A stretch of DNA of 64,000 nucleotides, taken from contig CM022665.1 of assembly GCA_012295275.1 (NCBI GenBank), positions 1,550,001 to 1,614,000 on the forward strand. Reading direction: 5' to 3'. Positions 1-14,340 of this stretch are shown here, piece by piece. Each line of letters starts with the position of its first letter. Position 1 is the first letter of the stretch. Both the position numbers and the translations under genes were made by a program. The notes under the pieces are model-generated. The model had not been told where the DNA came from, searched no databases, and saw only the letters and a program-made list of their open reading frames with translations. This stretch comes from Chrysomallon squamiferum. Taxonomy: Eukaryota; Animalia; Mollusca.

Positions 1-499
1 ATGATTGTGCAATAAAGGCGTACATGGACACTATAATGTAAAAAAAAAAAAAAAAACGTGAATTTGTTCTTACATTTTTATTTCATCATTCTCTATTTTC
101 ACGAACTAATTGTATTTACTAGCGTATAATTATGTATATTAGAAATACTGTAATCAGTATGAGTCTTAGTAAAACGTATATACAGGATTTCAAATTTTAT
201 AAATTCAATTTTGTATCTACTAATATACTAAAACACATGTAATTGTTTTATTATAGCAGTATTTTATATTTTTTTTTTATTTATTTTTTTTTTTCTGAAT
301 AGAGATAGGTAATTTAAACATAACTATAAACAGCTGTTTAAGCTGTTTAATATTAATTTCTAAAGCACAAGGGATACTATTACAATATTTTAGAAAAGCA
401 GTCCAATAATATTTAAACTGCTATTATTATTATGTGTAGTATCTGTAGAGCTTATATAAGTAGCAGTAATAATAGTAGTAATATACTACTTAGAAGAAA

Positions 500-1250
500 T
501 AGTAAGTAGTAGTAGTTGCAGTAGTACTGCTGAAATAAGACTGGGAGATTACTAGTAATAGCACTTGTATTGCTGACCTAACAGATTACTAGAAATAGAG
601 GTAGTATTCCTGAACTAATCAGTTAGCAGTAATTAGTTATTAGTAGAATTGCTGAAGTTATCGATTAGCACTAAAAGCAGTAGTATCGCTGAAGTAACAG
701 TGATAGATTACTAGTAATACAGTAGTATTGCTGAAGTAACAGTGATAGATTACTAGTAATACAGTAGTATCGCTGAAGTAACAGTGATAGATTACTAGTA
801 ATACAGTAGTATTGCTGAAGTAACAGTGATAGATTAGAAGTAATGCAGTAGTATTGCTGAAGTAACAGTGACAGTTTAGTAATGATAGCAGTATACAGTG
901 ACAGATTAATAGTAATAGCAGTAGCATTGCTGAAGTAACAGTGATAGACTAGTATCAGTAATATTACTGAAGCAACTGTGACAGATTAGTAGTAATATCA
1001 GTAGTATCACTGATTAACAGTGACAGATTAGTAGTACTAGAAGTAGTGTTGAGGAGAGATAAGTAGTAATAGCAGTAGTATCGCTGAAGTAGCAGTGTCA
1101 GATTAGTAGTAATAGCAGTAGTATCGCTGAAGTAGCAGTGTCAGAATGGTAGAAGTATCAGTAATATCATTGGTAGTAATAGCGGTAGTATCGATTAAGA
1201 AACAGTGGCAGATTAGTAGTAATAGCAGTAGAGTAGTGGTAATATCAGTA
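500..1250. repeat. 42-bp minisatellite, degenerate at edges (unit AGTAGTATTGCTGAAGTAACAGTGATAGATTACTAGTAATAC)
   Basis: Consecutive near-identical 42-bp copies from about 679; the spurious ORF 658-927 shows the matching 14-aa period. Confidence 0.9.
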
Positions 1251-1289
1251 ATAATAATAGTGTATTTCAAAATAGGACGTGCACTGTAA

Positions 1290-1930
1290 GAAAGTAAGAA
1301 TAGTAGTAAAACGCGAAAAAGAATAATAAACACCAAGCCGTGAAGGACAGCGCGGGTTTCAACACTAATAATAAAGACATATTAATAATATATTTTAATA
1401 CAGGATGCGCACGCTCAGAAATAATAATTAGGTGATAAAAAACAAAGAAGAATAATGAGAAGCACTTAATAACTACGTTAGGAACAATGCCGGTACAACG
1501 GCAACGACGGCGACATTAATAGAAAGTTCAGTAATATATTTTAATAGCTAAGAAAGTATGAGTATTGACTAATAAAAAGCGCTAAACAATAATGAGAAGT
1601 ACAGCAACGACAGCAACTACGGTGATGTTAACAGAAATAGTAATAATACATTTTAGTATAGCATTTGAACGCAAGAAAAGTATTTGAATAATATGAATAA
1701 TAGTTAATAAAAAGTAAAAGGTTAGTGAGAAGTAAACCAGAACGTTGAGCACAACGCCGTTACGACGCCAATGACGGTGACAGTAACAGACATAATAATA
1801 TACCTTAGCATTTTAAACACGAAAAGGAATGATGAGTACACCAATAACGTTAGGAGCAACGCCGGTTTTGATTTACATTAATAGAAATTAAAATAATATG
1901 TTTTAATACGCGATGCGCCCGCTCAGAATG
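1290..1930. repeat. Highly degenerate ~120-135-bp tandem repeat (about 5 copies)
   Basis: Recurring blocks GAGAAG(C/T)AC...ACGTTAGGA(A/G)CAA(C/T)GCCGGT...GACGG(C/T)GA...TAATATATTTTAATA near 1330, 1460, 1590, 1730 and 1835. Confidence 0.6.
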
Positions 1931-2364
1931 TTCGAGGAATTGTGAAGATAAATATGAATGAACTGTCACGAATGCAATAAACATCTCTATCAAAAACTTT
2001 GAACACATTTTTGTAACAGTAATCTAAATATTCCAGTGAAAAAATGTGTGAATGTTGTTTATAATTTCATTTCACTTTATTAATCTTGAATTCGGTAGTC
2101 CCAGAAAAACATGCTGTGTTGGTTAAACAAGTGCACACTTCAGCATCAAACCTATCTCTGAAAATATATCCTTTTTCATAGAACATGATTATTGTAAACA
2201 CTTGGGTGAAAACAACTGTGATTTCTTCAAGTGAGGATAATGTAAATTCACTTGATCGCTGACTGTAAATCATAAAACAAAAGACCTGAACTGATATAAG
2301 GAAAATGTTTTTATTAGTTTGCGTACATTTCAATAAAAATACTCAGTCCTTTTTCACATTCGCA

Positions 2365-2445
2365 CATATACACAAATACACACACACATATATAGATATA
2401 TATATATACATACACATATACACATGTTCACACACATACACACAT

Positions 2446-2495
<50 letters not shown>
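2365..2495. repeat. (CA)n/(TA)n compound microsatellite
   Basis: Direct inspection. Confidence 0.9.
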
Positions 2496-2496
<1 letters not shown>

Positions 2497-4846
2497 TTGC
2501 CTCCTATATTTAAGAACCCTTGCTTAGAATTAATGTTTGGTCTTTATTCAGAAACCTGGAAAAAAAAACCTTATTAAAAAATAAAAGAGGAATCTTCTAT
2601 AATGTATAATTAGGTATATAACTCAATATACTCATAGTAAAAGTGAAGCTGTAATATTAACACAGTAATTGAAAAACAGATCTTTCTTTTTTTTCCAAAT
2701 TAATATCCTTATCGTATACTGAAAAATTATGGTGTTTAATATTAATTTATTTTATTATTAACAATAATAAGACTGTATAGAAACGCGTGAAGCACACTAG
2801 ATGAATATTGTGTTGATATTATTAAAAATTAAATGTGTTTTATGACCGCAGTAACATGACATTCAGCGACACAATTTACATCTCTCCCTACATGAAATTA
2901 CATGATTAATCTAAAATTCAAATTTATCAAATTATGTAATTAAGAATATATCAGATTTTTTTTTTAAACCCTGAAAAAAGTAAGTTTATCTAGAATGAAA
3001 TTCCATGTTTATTTACTAATATAACTGATAATCTCTAATTAATGTATTTTAATTTCTCATATAAATAATACAGACGTTATAAAACTTGGGTCTTATTTTG
3101 TTATCGATGGGTAACATTATCAGTGAAAACAGCGATATTCTTTAGTTAACTGTGGTTTTGTAAAAGTTCGCGATTTTTCATAAATCAGTTTATTATTATT
3201 ATTATCATTATTATAACATCATTTTTTAAAAAGATGTATTTAGATTTTATCTCGACAGAAACAATACACTAAGAATAAATCTGATTTCTCAGATAACTTT
3301 ACGAGGCCTAAACAAAAATTCGAAGTAATTTTTATATCCGCACTCCGTTTTTACAGAAAAATAAAAACAAAAAATAAAAATATTAAGGTGTTATTACTGT
3401 TGTCGTTGTTTGTTATTTAGCTGTTGACAAAGGAAGGACTTTGACAACTATGGTGTCTGCTTCACTGACTCATTGATACATACTGGTGGAGTTGTTATTT
3501 TAATATCTAATGTAGTAAGTGAACTTCAGGTATAATAAGAAATGTAAAATATACAACTTGTGCTGATATAGACCTTTTAATGAATATAATGAAAACAAAT
3601 TCGCATACTAAAATAACATTTTAACCTTGTTTGCTCTCAGCTAATCAGTACACACTTTTGTGATTCCAGGAATTAACTCTGATATTTTTAAAATATGAGA
3701 TTAACATTTCTCAACATACTTCACCTACAAACTGTAAATATCACTGCTCAGCCAGCAATTAATTATCGACTTTTTCTTTGTATAGGTAATTCATTCTCAC
3801 CTTCTTCTTCTTACAGGTAATTAAGTCGTTTATTTTCATAACGCCATAGAATTATAACTTACAGCTGCCAGTTTTACACCTTTCTGTTATACCATTTAGA
3901 ATTAGCACAGTAAAATACCACGATACTTTTACTAAAACGGACATTTCGTAGCGGTATCTCAAGTTAGTTACACAAAGTTCTTTTGTCACGTATAATCTCT
4001 AACATTGTTTTTTAAAAAAGAACAGCCGCCGTATTTTCCAAAACAATGTGTTAATATTACCGCTACACCTCTGTTGAGAAACTAATGACGTCTAATATAA
4101 CTAGTGAAAGCGCGTTAAAACTGCAAGTGTTGTTTTTATAACGCCGTGTAAAGTAAATCCTAGTTTTTCAGTGAAACATGTTTCTAGAGTTTATAAAATG
4201 TCACACAAGATGCGCCATCTTTATTTCTCGATATATTTTTGACGTCACAATAAAGCTACTTTTATTTATAAAAACATCTATATTTCTGAATGTTCACAGT
4301 GCAATCATACCTGTAACTGGCAATTTTAACTGAATATCATCTCATTCTAGAAGGATAGCTGAGAAATTCAGAAATAAGGAGGCCTTGCAGATTCCAGTTC
4401 TCTGTTACTAACCAAATCAGGATTAGTTTTTAGCTGCCCCTCAGTTTCTAATGATAATTAAATTGTGATTTTCTTTTTCTAGACAGGTGTATATTTAAAA
4501 AGCTGAGATTATATTTTCAAATATTAGTAAATAATTAATTATATATGGAGTGATATTCATCATTTTAATTTCTAGGTGAGATGTAAAGTATATATATAAT
4601 TAAGCAGCTAAAATTATCAGAGTAAATAGTGTATTGTCTTAACAAAAACACTACGTTATTTTTGCTGAGTACAAATTCGTGTAAACATCGGTATCCTTAA
4701 TTAAAAATAACACTTTATTTTTACTTGTTTATAATTATGGGATATGATTTATAGTGTAAACTGCGCTCGTTTTACAAAATAAACATGATAGCTTTTGTAT
4801 ACATAATGGAATATCATTTACTTTTTCTTCTGTTTTTTTTTTTTTA

Positions 4847-4889
<43 letters not shown>
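4847..4889. repeat. (AAT)n microsatellite
   Basis: Direct inspection. Confidence 0.95.
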
Positions 4890-4890
<1 letters not shown>

Positions 4891-5931
4891 GCTCTATATT
4901 TCCCATTATAAAGTAAAAATTGAAGTATTTTAATCTATATGAAGGTCTTGTTTCGTCTATCTATCCGTTGAACAAAAAATGCATCAAATCATCTCTGATT
5001 CCTTTCCCTGCATCCAACATGTTCCTCAGTTTACAACTAAATGTAATTCATCCTGGTCTCTGTATCTGTGTGTGTCTCTGAGTCTGATGAACATTAATCT
5101 TAACTTTCAGCACTTGATTGATCAATAAAAATTCGTATTGTTTAATAATTTATTTTCGATTATCTGCCCTTGAAAACTATCCAAAACGCAGACGACAGAA
5201 GCTAAATTACAAATATGTACTCCAAACTATATAAAGAAAGAAAAAAAGAAGAAAAAAGAACACTGTAGCATTACCTGAATATACAAAAAAATCAACTCTT
5301 CAAATTTATTTGCAAAATCCATAAATAACAAATACCGCAAATAACAGCAGAAATCCCGCACCCCGCAAAAAATAACCACATTATATGAGAGTAATCTCCC
5401 TTCAGCTATAGTTTGTTTCTTTCTTCTGTTTGTGGGGTTCTCGGTGTAAGTCATTGCACACCACAGAAAATCGCTGATAACGAAACGTCGTATATAGCTG
5501 TATAATGACTAATAAATGTAAATGTGTAGATTTGATTATGTTCCAGGAATATCAATGTATATACAGTAAACAACATAACGTATGATAAATAACTACAATA
5601 TAAACAATACAAATAAATACAATCGACTGTCAAAATCGGATTCATTGAGACCAGCGTGGTGTGCCGTTTTAGACAGTGCCGATTTACAAACATTAAAATA
5701 ACATAAAACTGAAATATTTGGTTTATTATTACAAATGTTAATGGTCTATCAGTTGTCTCTGTCGACTGCGTTTTCTTCATATTCCTCTCCAAACTCCTCT
5801 GCCATGGCCTCCAAGTTTTACATTAATTGCAAAAGCTGCTTTCGATAACAGCAGCAAAAGATTTAATTTGTTTGCCACTTTAAGATAATCAGTGAAGGAA
5901 AGTTTGTTTGTATCGTCAGTCCATTCAGATT

Positions 5932-5932
<1 letters not shown>

Positions 5933-5991
<59 letters not shown>
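5933..5991. repeat. (TAA)n microsatellite
   Basis: Direct inspection; produces the poly-L and poly-Y spurious ORFs. Confidence 0.95.
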
Positions 5992-5994
<3 letters not shown>

Positions 5995-7149
5995 GCATGC
6001 ATTCATGACGTAACCAATACAGTTTGTATACTTACAACAAACCGGCCATCTGAAATGTTCGAGGATAATTAATGCAATGTACAGCGAGTACTGACATTTA
6101 TGTATGCTAATTCTGTAAAATAAAACATGAAATAGTAATATATTGAATCGCATGTTACATCAATGTGGTGAATTTTATACATTTTCATTATACATTTTAA
6201 TTAAATAAAACAATGTAAAATATTGCTTACTGTCTATTTTAACACAGTGAATAAGCTGTTTTCTGTGTGTATATGTGTGTGAGTGAGAGACAAAGAGACT
6301 GCCAGTTTCTAATATAAGTGTACTTGTTTGTTGACATCATTGTATAACGCATCACATATGTAATGACAATTTACACCTACAATGGACAGCTAATATATAT
6401 ATATATATATATAAGTTATTACAAGCAGTGTAAACCATTATTGACTACTGATAATAAAAATTTGCTGTGCATATCAAAACAGACTTGTCGACGTTTGAAA
6501 TAAATAAGTGTTAATACTTTGACCAAGACGACACTTTGTAAATTTGGTGATGTTTAATACTTTAACTATTATAAATATACACATACAGCATATTTGATTA
6601 TTTTGTTGTTGTTTCTTTTATTTTTTATTTTTTAGTAAACAAATAAATAAATTAATTAAACAATCCTTAAAAATATATCTCCTTTTACAAGTCAAAACGA
6701 TCTTTAATTTTCATCTCAAAAACAAAGACTTTAGCTATTATTCCAGCTGTTACAATGATCAAGCAAGTGTATATAGGTTTGTCGTTGTATCTTATATTTA
6801 AAGACAAAGTGTGACATTTGCAATGATTCTAAGGCCTTGAAGAAACACAAGACACAAGAGGACGTAATCATTATATTTTGAACGAGAGTAATCATTTACA
6901 CAAAAAGGCATTTTTAAAAAATACTGCGAAATTAACCAAGAAAGAAAGAAGTGATGAAAAAAAAAAAAAAAAAAAAAATAAATAAATAAATAACATCCAA
7001 TAACAAATACTTTTAATATATATTTTATTATTATTTTTTTTTTTTTTAAATAAATGCCTATGGAAAATGTTTACAAAAAACAAATTAATCAATAAACAAG
7101 AAATCTCTTTCTAGGATCTGCGCACATTAAAAGTTGCATCGTGTTTCAT

Positions 7150-8648
7150 TTATTCTTCTGGATTTGTGGAACATAGTCGCTTGAATACTTGCTCTTTTTC
7201 TAGAATCCAGTAAGTTGATACCCATTTAGAGCCAATAAGAACGGGACAAGCTGCATGAATTGTCATTTTGTTAGGTGAACCATTTCGATATAAATTATAC
7301 CAAATATAGTTGCACCTGCTTTAGGTTGTATTCTTACACCAAGATAAGGAAACACTGTTGCACCTCCTTCTACATCACTCATATAGTTTAACCACGTGGC
7401 AATTCTGTTTTCACTGGAAGAATATGCTATGTTGAAATAGTCAGTATGAGCCGTGAACTGTCCGCCTATTCCATAGTTTGCCACCTGAAGTGGCTCTGAA
7501 GCTTTCATTGAAAGACCTTTGATTGCTTCAATTCTTCTCTGAATTCTCTTGTCTGCTTCTGTGAAAGTTCTTCCTAGAAATGTATTTTTGCTAATTCTTA
7601 TCTCAGATTTGAAAATGTTTCCATACTGATTGATTTCAGATGTTTTTAAAAGTGGCATAGAAACTTTTTTAATGTCTTCAATTTCAGCATCACTGATAAA
7701 ATCATGATAGAGAACAATTTTCGGTGAGAAATGCAGAATCTCTTCTTTAGCAGGCTTAAGAATTAGAAGCGGATTTTTGTTGTTGTAATGGTAGCGACAT
7801 TTCAGACGATGTCGCTGTCGTACTTTAATAACGTCTTCACCACGACAGAGAGCATCGAAAGTTGTTTTTTCTTTAATTCTGGCATTTTCTTTTCTCTTTT
7901 CTTTCCTACATTTTGATATACTTATATACTTTTTCCTTCTTTTCGGAGCACGTTCTAGTTCAGGAGATAACATTAACTGTTTATTTGTCAAATTTAAAAC
8001 GTGTTCTATCTGTCCCGCTAATTCTCTACCGTGTATTTCATAGCCATGAATTTTTTCTGTTCTTACTTTCTCAAGACTTGTCTCCATCCAGATATGAACA
8101 TAGTTGTATTTTTTCATTTTGTAAGCAAGGCGACCTAATTGATAACAGTCTTCTGCTGATAATATCTGTATATATCGTTCATATATAAAACCGGCTGCTA
8201 ATCTTGTCGCATTTAATTTGTATGTATCCTGAAGTCGGAACAGAGCTGCAGCGACCCCTTCTAAATCTTCGTAACTTGGAAGATGTTCACGAATTTCTTG
8301 TAGTTCAGTCAGCTCTGTCTGGGACGTAATACTTTCGTGAAGAATAGGCTGCACATCTCGTTCCCAGTCCAAAGTGAAACGTTTAATATATAAAAATGCA
8401 CCAATTGGGTTGGCTATGTAACGATTTGGGTCTTTTAGTGCTATCGAACAGTGCTGTTCCATTTGATCTGAAATTGTTTTCAACTTTTCCAATTTAGTTT
8501 CTTGTTCATGAAAGTGACTGAAATTTCTTAATGCTATTGCCAAGTCTCTTCCTGCTAGTACAGAGCTGTAGAGATGTGATACGGACGTAAACAGTTCTGA
8601 ATTCACAGCTGATAAAAGCAAAACTAAAATAATGTACTGCTGATACAT
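7150..8648 (-). CDS. P4HA: Collagen prolyl 4-hydroxylase alpha subunit-like, intronless; ~499 aa if a 1-nt frameshift at 7302-7304 is corrected (sequencing error or young pseudogene)
   Basis: Signal peptide then ELFTS; P4HA N-domain (NPIGAFLYIKRFTLDW, LFRLQDTYKL, LSAEDCYQLGRLAY); LCRGE...LKCRY; RISKNTFL; EPLQVANYGIGGQFTAHTDY (HxD); NRIATWLNYMSDVEGGATVFP. Shifted frame continues WYNLYRNG...HAACPVLIGSKWVSTYWILEKEQVFKRLCSTNPEE* with stop at 7150-7152. Confidence 0.92.
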
Positions 8649-10699
8649 ACTTGAAGGTATCTGCTAGTGTTATGAATACCTAAATATCTGGTATACAAAT
8701 AGAGTTATGATGAATATAATTCTAAATATATATCAGTTTAAAATATGCAGGTTATTAAACTGATGGGGGGAGGGATAAAATGACACGTTTCATTATTTTA
8801 GCTTTCATTTCTATTTCATTTTATTCGTTTATTTTATTTATGTTATTATATTTATTTTTCTTATTTGTTTTTATCTCCGAGTTTATGTGTTTGTGTTTGT
8901 GTGTACGTGTATATATGTATGTGTATGTGTGTGTGTATGAAACACTTTTTTTATGTTGTTTCTGTTATCCTTTGATTATATATAACTATCTATTTTTCTA
9001 TTTGTCTGTCTGTCTTTCTAGCTATATGATGGAAATTACATTAATAATTTGATTATGTCAGAATAAAGTAAGATACAGAGGAAAAAACACTCCTCAAGAA
9101 GAAATGAAAAATATACAGTTTTTGGATGTGGATGAGCCTTCAGAAAGAAAGAACAGAAAAAATATCAGGAAGAATCTCGATATGGAGTCTAATTAAATGT
9201 CAGTTTTAAGTGACACTAGTTATTAATCTTGTATGCAAACTCTGATTAGCATTATTAAGTAAATAAATACTGTACAGTAACGTGATATTAGCCAAACTAA
9301 CGAAAAGTTTTGTCTCATTTTTATTATTATTATTATTATTTTTATTTTTTATTTTATTGTTATTGTTGTTATTAAAGCTTAAAAAATTCGTATAAAGAAT
9401 AAACATAATAAAATACTCATAAAACTATGAAACAACAACAACAACAACAAAAAATAAATATAAAAATAAAAACAGTTTGGGTAAGTAAACATGGCTGAAA
9501 TAGACAATTTATACTCCGATCTACCAACCCAGTAAACAGTTTAATAAACAAGACAGAAACTTTAGAAACTATTACAAATAAACAGTGGCAATCAAACGTA
9601 AATAAAGAGAAAAGTCCACTGAGGTGTTTACGTAATCGATATAGAAGAGTTTTAATAAAAAGCTCAGTAAAAGAGATTGTAAGACATTCCTCAATGAAAA
9701 AATAAATCTAGTCTGACGTTGTTAGTCTCTAGGTCAACCAGTCCCTGGCTACCTAGATACATTCCGCAGTATTAGCTCAAAAACAAAATTATAAAAAAAA
9801 TAAAAAAAATATACAAAACTTTTATAATATTCAAAAGATAAATCGTTTCGAGTAAAGCATCTGTTAACAAAATAGACCTTAAGTGAAAACATTTATTTTA
9901 CAATTACGAAAAAATGTTGTAGCAACTACTCACTGGGTGTATTCATTAATGATTCACAGGAAACTTTTCCATCAACAGCTGAGCAGTATAGACGTATTTT
10001 TAAATGTCAGAATATTATGAAATGCTTTGTTGTAAAGCGCTGTGGTGATTTAAGTTTTAATGATGGCTTCTGCATTATGGACTAAAGACCTAATTACTGA
10101 ATGTATGGTTGAGGAATGCAGGAACACTGTGTGGATGGATGGGTGTTTGTAAGCATGTATGGAGAGACTGGTGGATGGAGGAGTAGAGAGATTTCTGATA
10201 AATTAATGCATGAAAGGATAGATTGAGACATGAAAATATCGGCTAGACAGAAATCAGATTGATGTAGGATGAAACACAAGAGAGACAGAGAGAGACAGAC
10301 AGAGACAGAGCGAGAGCATGGGCTGTTATAAATCTATAGAAACAAGTCAGAATTCCTGTCTCCCTCTCACTATTATAATTTGTGCTCGTTAATATCAGTA
10401 ATTACTCTTTAAAACAAAATAACAAATATTTACATTTTGTAAGGTGTAAATAGTCAACAGAAAATATTTAAAAAAAAAAATAAAAAAAAAAAAAAAAAAA
10501 GAAAAGGAATGTAATAACAACGTAAACATTAACACATTTGAATTTAGGTATGATTAAAGTGTTTTACAATAGTTTCATTTTGCTTTTATTCAGCATAAAT
10601 ATATGTATGATAATTTTTGTTTCATTATCGCAACATTAAATCAATTTTAAAACATCTGGCTGATACTTTGATGCAGCAGCATATGATTTCCTTGCCATA

Positions 10700-11770
10700 C
10701 CGGTTTCTATAAATTTCCATATCTATTTTTTCTATTTTTCTGTCTTTCAATCTCTGTATTCATCCAGCACTCTAATTGTCTTTCTGACTCTCTGTCTGTC
10801 TGTTCGTCTATTCATCTATTCTTCTCTTTCTGTAAATATGTAAATTTGTCAACACTGTGGGTCTGTTCATCAGTCTTCTGTTAAACTTATAAATATTAAA
10901 ACCTTCTGTCTGTTTGTCCAGCTATCTGTCCATATATAATCAATATAGCTATCTATGTGTTTCTTTCTATCTATCTCTCTTTCTCTCTCTGAAACTCTCT
11001 TTAAACTGTTCAGTATTTGAACATATTTGTCACTCTAATATGTTTCTCTAACTGTCCGAATCCGTTATTCTGTTCATTAATCTTTATCTCGCTATCTGCG
11101 TGTTTGTCTGTCTGTTCTCTCTGTGTTTCTGTATGTTAGTCTAACCAGTCAGCCTTATTATAACCATCTACAATCCATGTAACCATGTTTTTACTATCTA
11201 TCTGTCCACCAATCTGTCTATCTATCAACCTGTCTCTTTATCATTCATCATCAATTCATCTGTATAATGAATATCTCTCTATCACTTGTTTCTCTCTCTG
11301 CCTTTACCACTTCTATGTCTCTCTTCTGATAAATGTATCATTTCTCTGTCTCTCTACACGAACCAGTAGCCCAAATCAATCTCTGCCTAAATGTCAATTG
11401 CCTGTCTGTTTCTCTCCACCTATCTCCGTCACTTTCCCCTTTCGCTGTATCTCTGCCACTTGTCTACATCACTCTCTACACCTATATCTCTATCCCATGA
11501 CTTTCTCTATCTATCTCTTTAGTTATATCTTGATTATGTGTTTCTGTCTCTCTATGTCTGTCCCATGACTCAGCCTTCCTACCTATTATCTTCTCTATCA
11601 TTTGGCTCTACCTCTCTCTACCTTTACCTAGATCACATCTGTCCCTCTACCTTTCTATCTGTCTCTCTTCCTGTAGCTCTTATAGTGTCTCTTGTCTAAC
11701 TACATCTGTCTATCCCATGTATCAGCCTTTCTATATTTGTCTGTCTCTACTTATTTCTCGATAACTTGTC
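10700..11770. repeat. Pyrimidine-rich low-complexity tract (TCTA/TCTG/CT degenerate repeats)
   Basis: Dense TATC, TGTC and CTCT motifs; ORF 11185-11568 is a low-complexity artefact. Confidence 0.7.
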
Positions 11771-13049
11771 TCTACTAAATTTAAGATATTTTTCAATGCC
11801 AAAACTATTGATTTCATCCACCAAATATGCGGGCCAAATTTACCCCATCCATAGGGGCCAGTATTGCCCCAAGTGGTGGAGTAAAATAAAACGCATATTT
11901 CTTGCCTAATTATCACATATTAATCAAGTTTCTTCTGCTGAACTTAATAACTGATTATCTGTTTACCTGTTATAACTTATCACTAACCTTATGTTTTGAA
12001 ATCTCATAATGGAGTATAGCGGCTGCAAGTCATAATATACCTCGGGGGCCAGAATCACCCCAACTTATTCTACTAGTTTTTAATAAAATAATGTTAGTGA
12101 ATTTAGTAAATTCAGTAAATGATCTATATTCAGGCGACTTGAATTCTCTTTTTCTTTTGTTTTTTTTTAAATTTTACTCAACACTCGTTCTTTTTTGTAT
12201 ATTTACCAACGTGCGTGTTAAATAGAGTTGTTTCTCTTAGACCACGAACTTCTGAAATAGATTACTCCTCGCATATACGAGGTGACGGTAAATTAGATTT
12301 GCTGTTTTTAGATGAAAATAATCAATTCTGTATAATGTTTTGTAGGAGACAGAACCAGCTTAGTAACATTCCCTGCATTTTCTTTGTCTTTTAACAAACC
12401 AGTTTCCTGTATTTTTTGTTTATTTAACATGATATTATTTTTTAATGAATTATTGTAAAATTGCTATTTCATTTATTGTTTTTCATTTAATTTTATTTAT
12501 TTCATTTATTTTAGTTGAAAAAGTAGTTAGGAAAGGCGCCGGTTTATTCTTTATCTGTGTAAATCATAAAAAGTTCAGAAAGTAGACGTAAAATAATTGA
12601 ATTTTGAAGTTTAAAAACTTCCGAGAACTCACGGAAACTTCCGATCAAAATCCAATATGGCTGTATCGGACGCCGATCAGTGTTTACAAACTTTTAAAGC
12701 TGTTGTCCTTTATAATGCAATAATTCTACATGAATCATTAAAAGTAATTTGGAGAAGTATGTCATATAACCAATGCCTCTTATACATAGATGGCTAATAC
12801 TGTAGAGTAATTGCTGAAAAGGTGGCAACATTTCTTTACTTATTCTTTTGTTCTCTTTTTCTCTTTTTTTTTTTATAACGTTGACGTAATATACCATCTC
12901 GTACTATTTTTTGTTCACATATTATTACGACATCGCCAGCCAAAAAAATAAATAATAATAAAAAAAAAAATAAAAAAATCAGTTAATTAATGAAAATAAA
13001 TTAAATAATTGAAATAAAATAAAATAAAATGACGCTGGTTGGAGAGATG

Positions 13050-13188
13050 GATTTATCTATATAGATAAACACACATACATACATACATATATATATACAT
13101 ACACACACACGTGTATAGGAATAATAATGTATTTGTATGTTTAGAAGATGATTAGTATGTATACGTATATAAAAGGATAAGTAACTGT

Positions 13189-13236
<48 letters not shown>

Positions 13237-13606
13237 GGTGGATAGATGGTAGATGATAACAGACAGGTAAACTGATAGACAGAAGAAAGGTAGACAGATT
13301 ATAGAAAGATAGATAGATGTAAGGAGCCATGAGTTTATACTGCACAGCTGTCAGAACGATTGACTCTGTTGCTTATGTATATGGCATAAATAGATAGATA
13401 AATAGATATATTTATAGATAGATAAATAGATAGAAAAAATGTATTTAAATATTTAAAAAGGATGTAAATAGAGAGAGTGTATATGTACGTGTGTGTGTGT
13501 TTGTTCAATATATACTTGTGGTATGTATAACTGAGAAGGTGAGATAGACTGATACCGGGATAGTCAGACATCGTTTCAGAGATAGATTGACATGTTAGGT
13601 AGACAA

Positions 13607-13644
<38 letters not shown>

Positions 13645-14340
13645 CAGCTAACAGATAAATTGATGTGTATGTGTGTGTATAAATATAAATGTGTTAGAGA
13701 GAATGGGTATATAAATGCGTGTCAAAGATAGTGTGCTTTTTTGTGGATTTTTGACAGAGTCAGATGATTGATAGAGAGATAATAGATTAAATACATGAGT
13801 GAATAGATTTATGTGTATATATATATATGTGTGTGTTAGAGAGGGTAGATATACATGGATGGGTGGACACACACACAAACACATACCCAGTATAAACTAT
13901 ATATATATATAAACATCATAAATAGATACACAGATACATAGGTTCATAATCATGAGTATGTGTATTTATGTTAGAGGATTGGTATATAACTCAGTGTGTG
14001 AATAACTTTATGTTTATGTGTGTATTGGATTATGAATAGATAGTGAGATATGTAGGTGTTATTTCATGTGTTTCTGTGTTACAGAGAGAACAGGTAGTGA
14101 CCTGTGTATGAAACAGAGAAGTATGCCATGTGTGTATGATTTTTCAGAGAATGAGACATAATTATATAAATCATTTGATTTCTTCATTAAAGTCTGTTTC
14201 TAATAACTATGTTAGAAATAGTCAGAGAAATTGATGATGAAATAAAACAAAATATATTCATAGGGAGATAGATAGATAGAAACATGGAATAAAGTAAGGA
14301 TGGATGATGTATTAGATGGACGGATGGATGCAAAGAAGAA
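13050..14340. repeat. Mixed microsatellite zone: (TG)n, (TA)n, (GATA)n
   Basis: (TG)n about 13198-13230, (TA)n about 13611-13640, GATA runs around 13390-13430. Confidence 0.8.

Noticed and set aside
7034-7047. Retrocopy poly(A) tail downstream of P4HA
   Set aside because: A/T tracts are ubiquitous in this window and no target-site duplication is evident
658-7092. Short ORFs in the left flank, including 2067-2333
   Set aside because: Derived from mini/microsatellites or AT-rich noise; no recognisable protein motif
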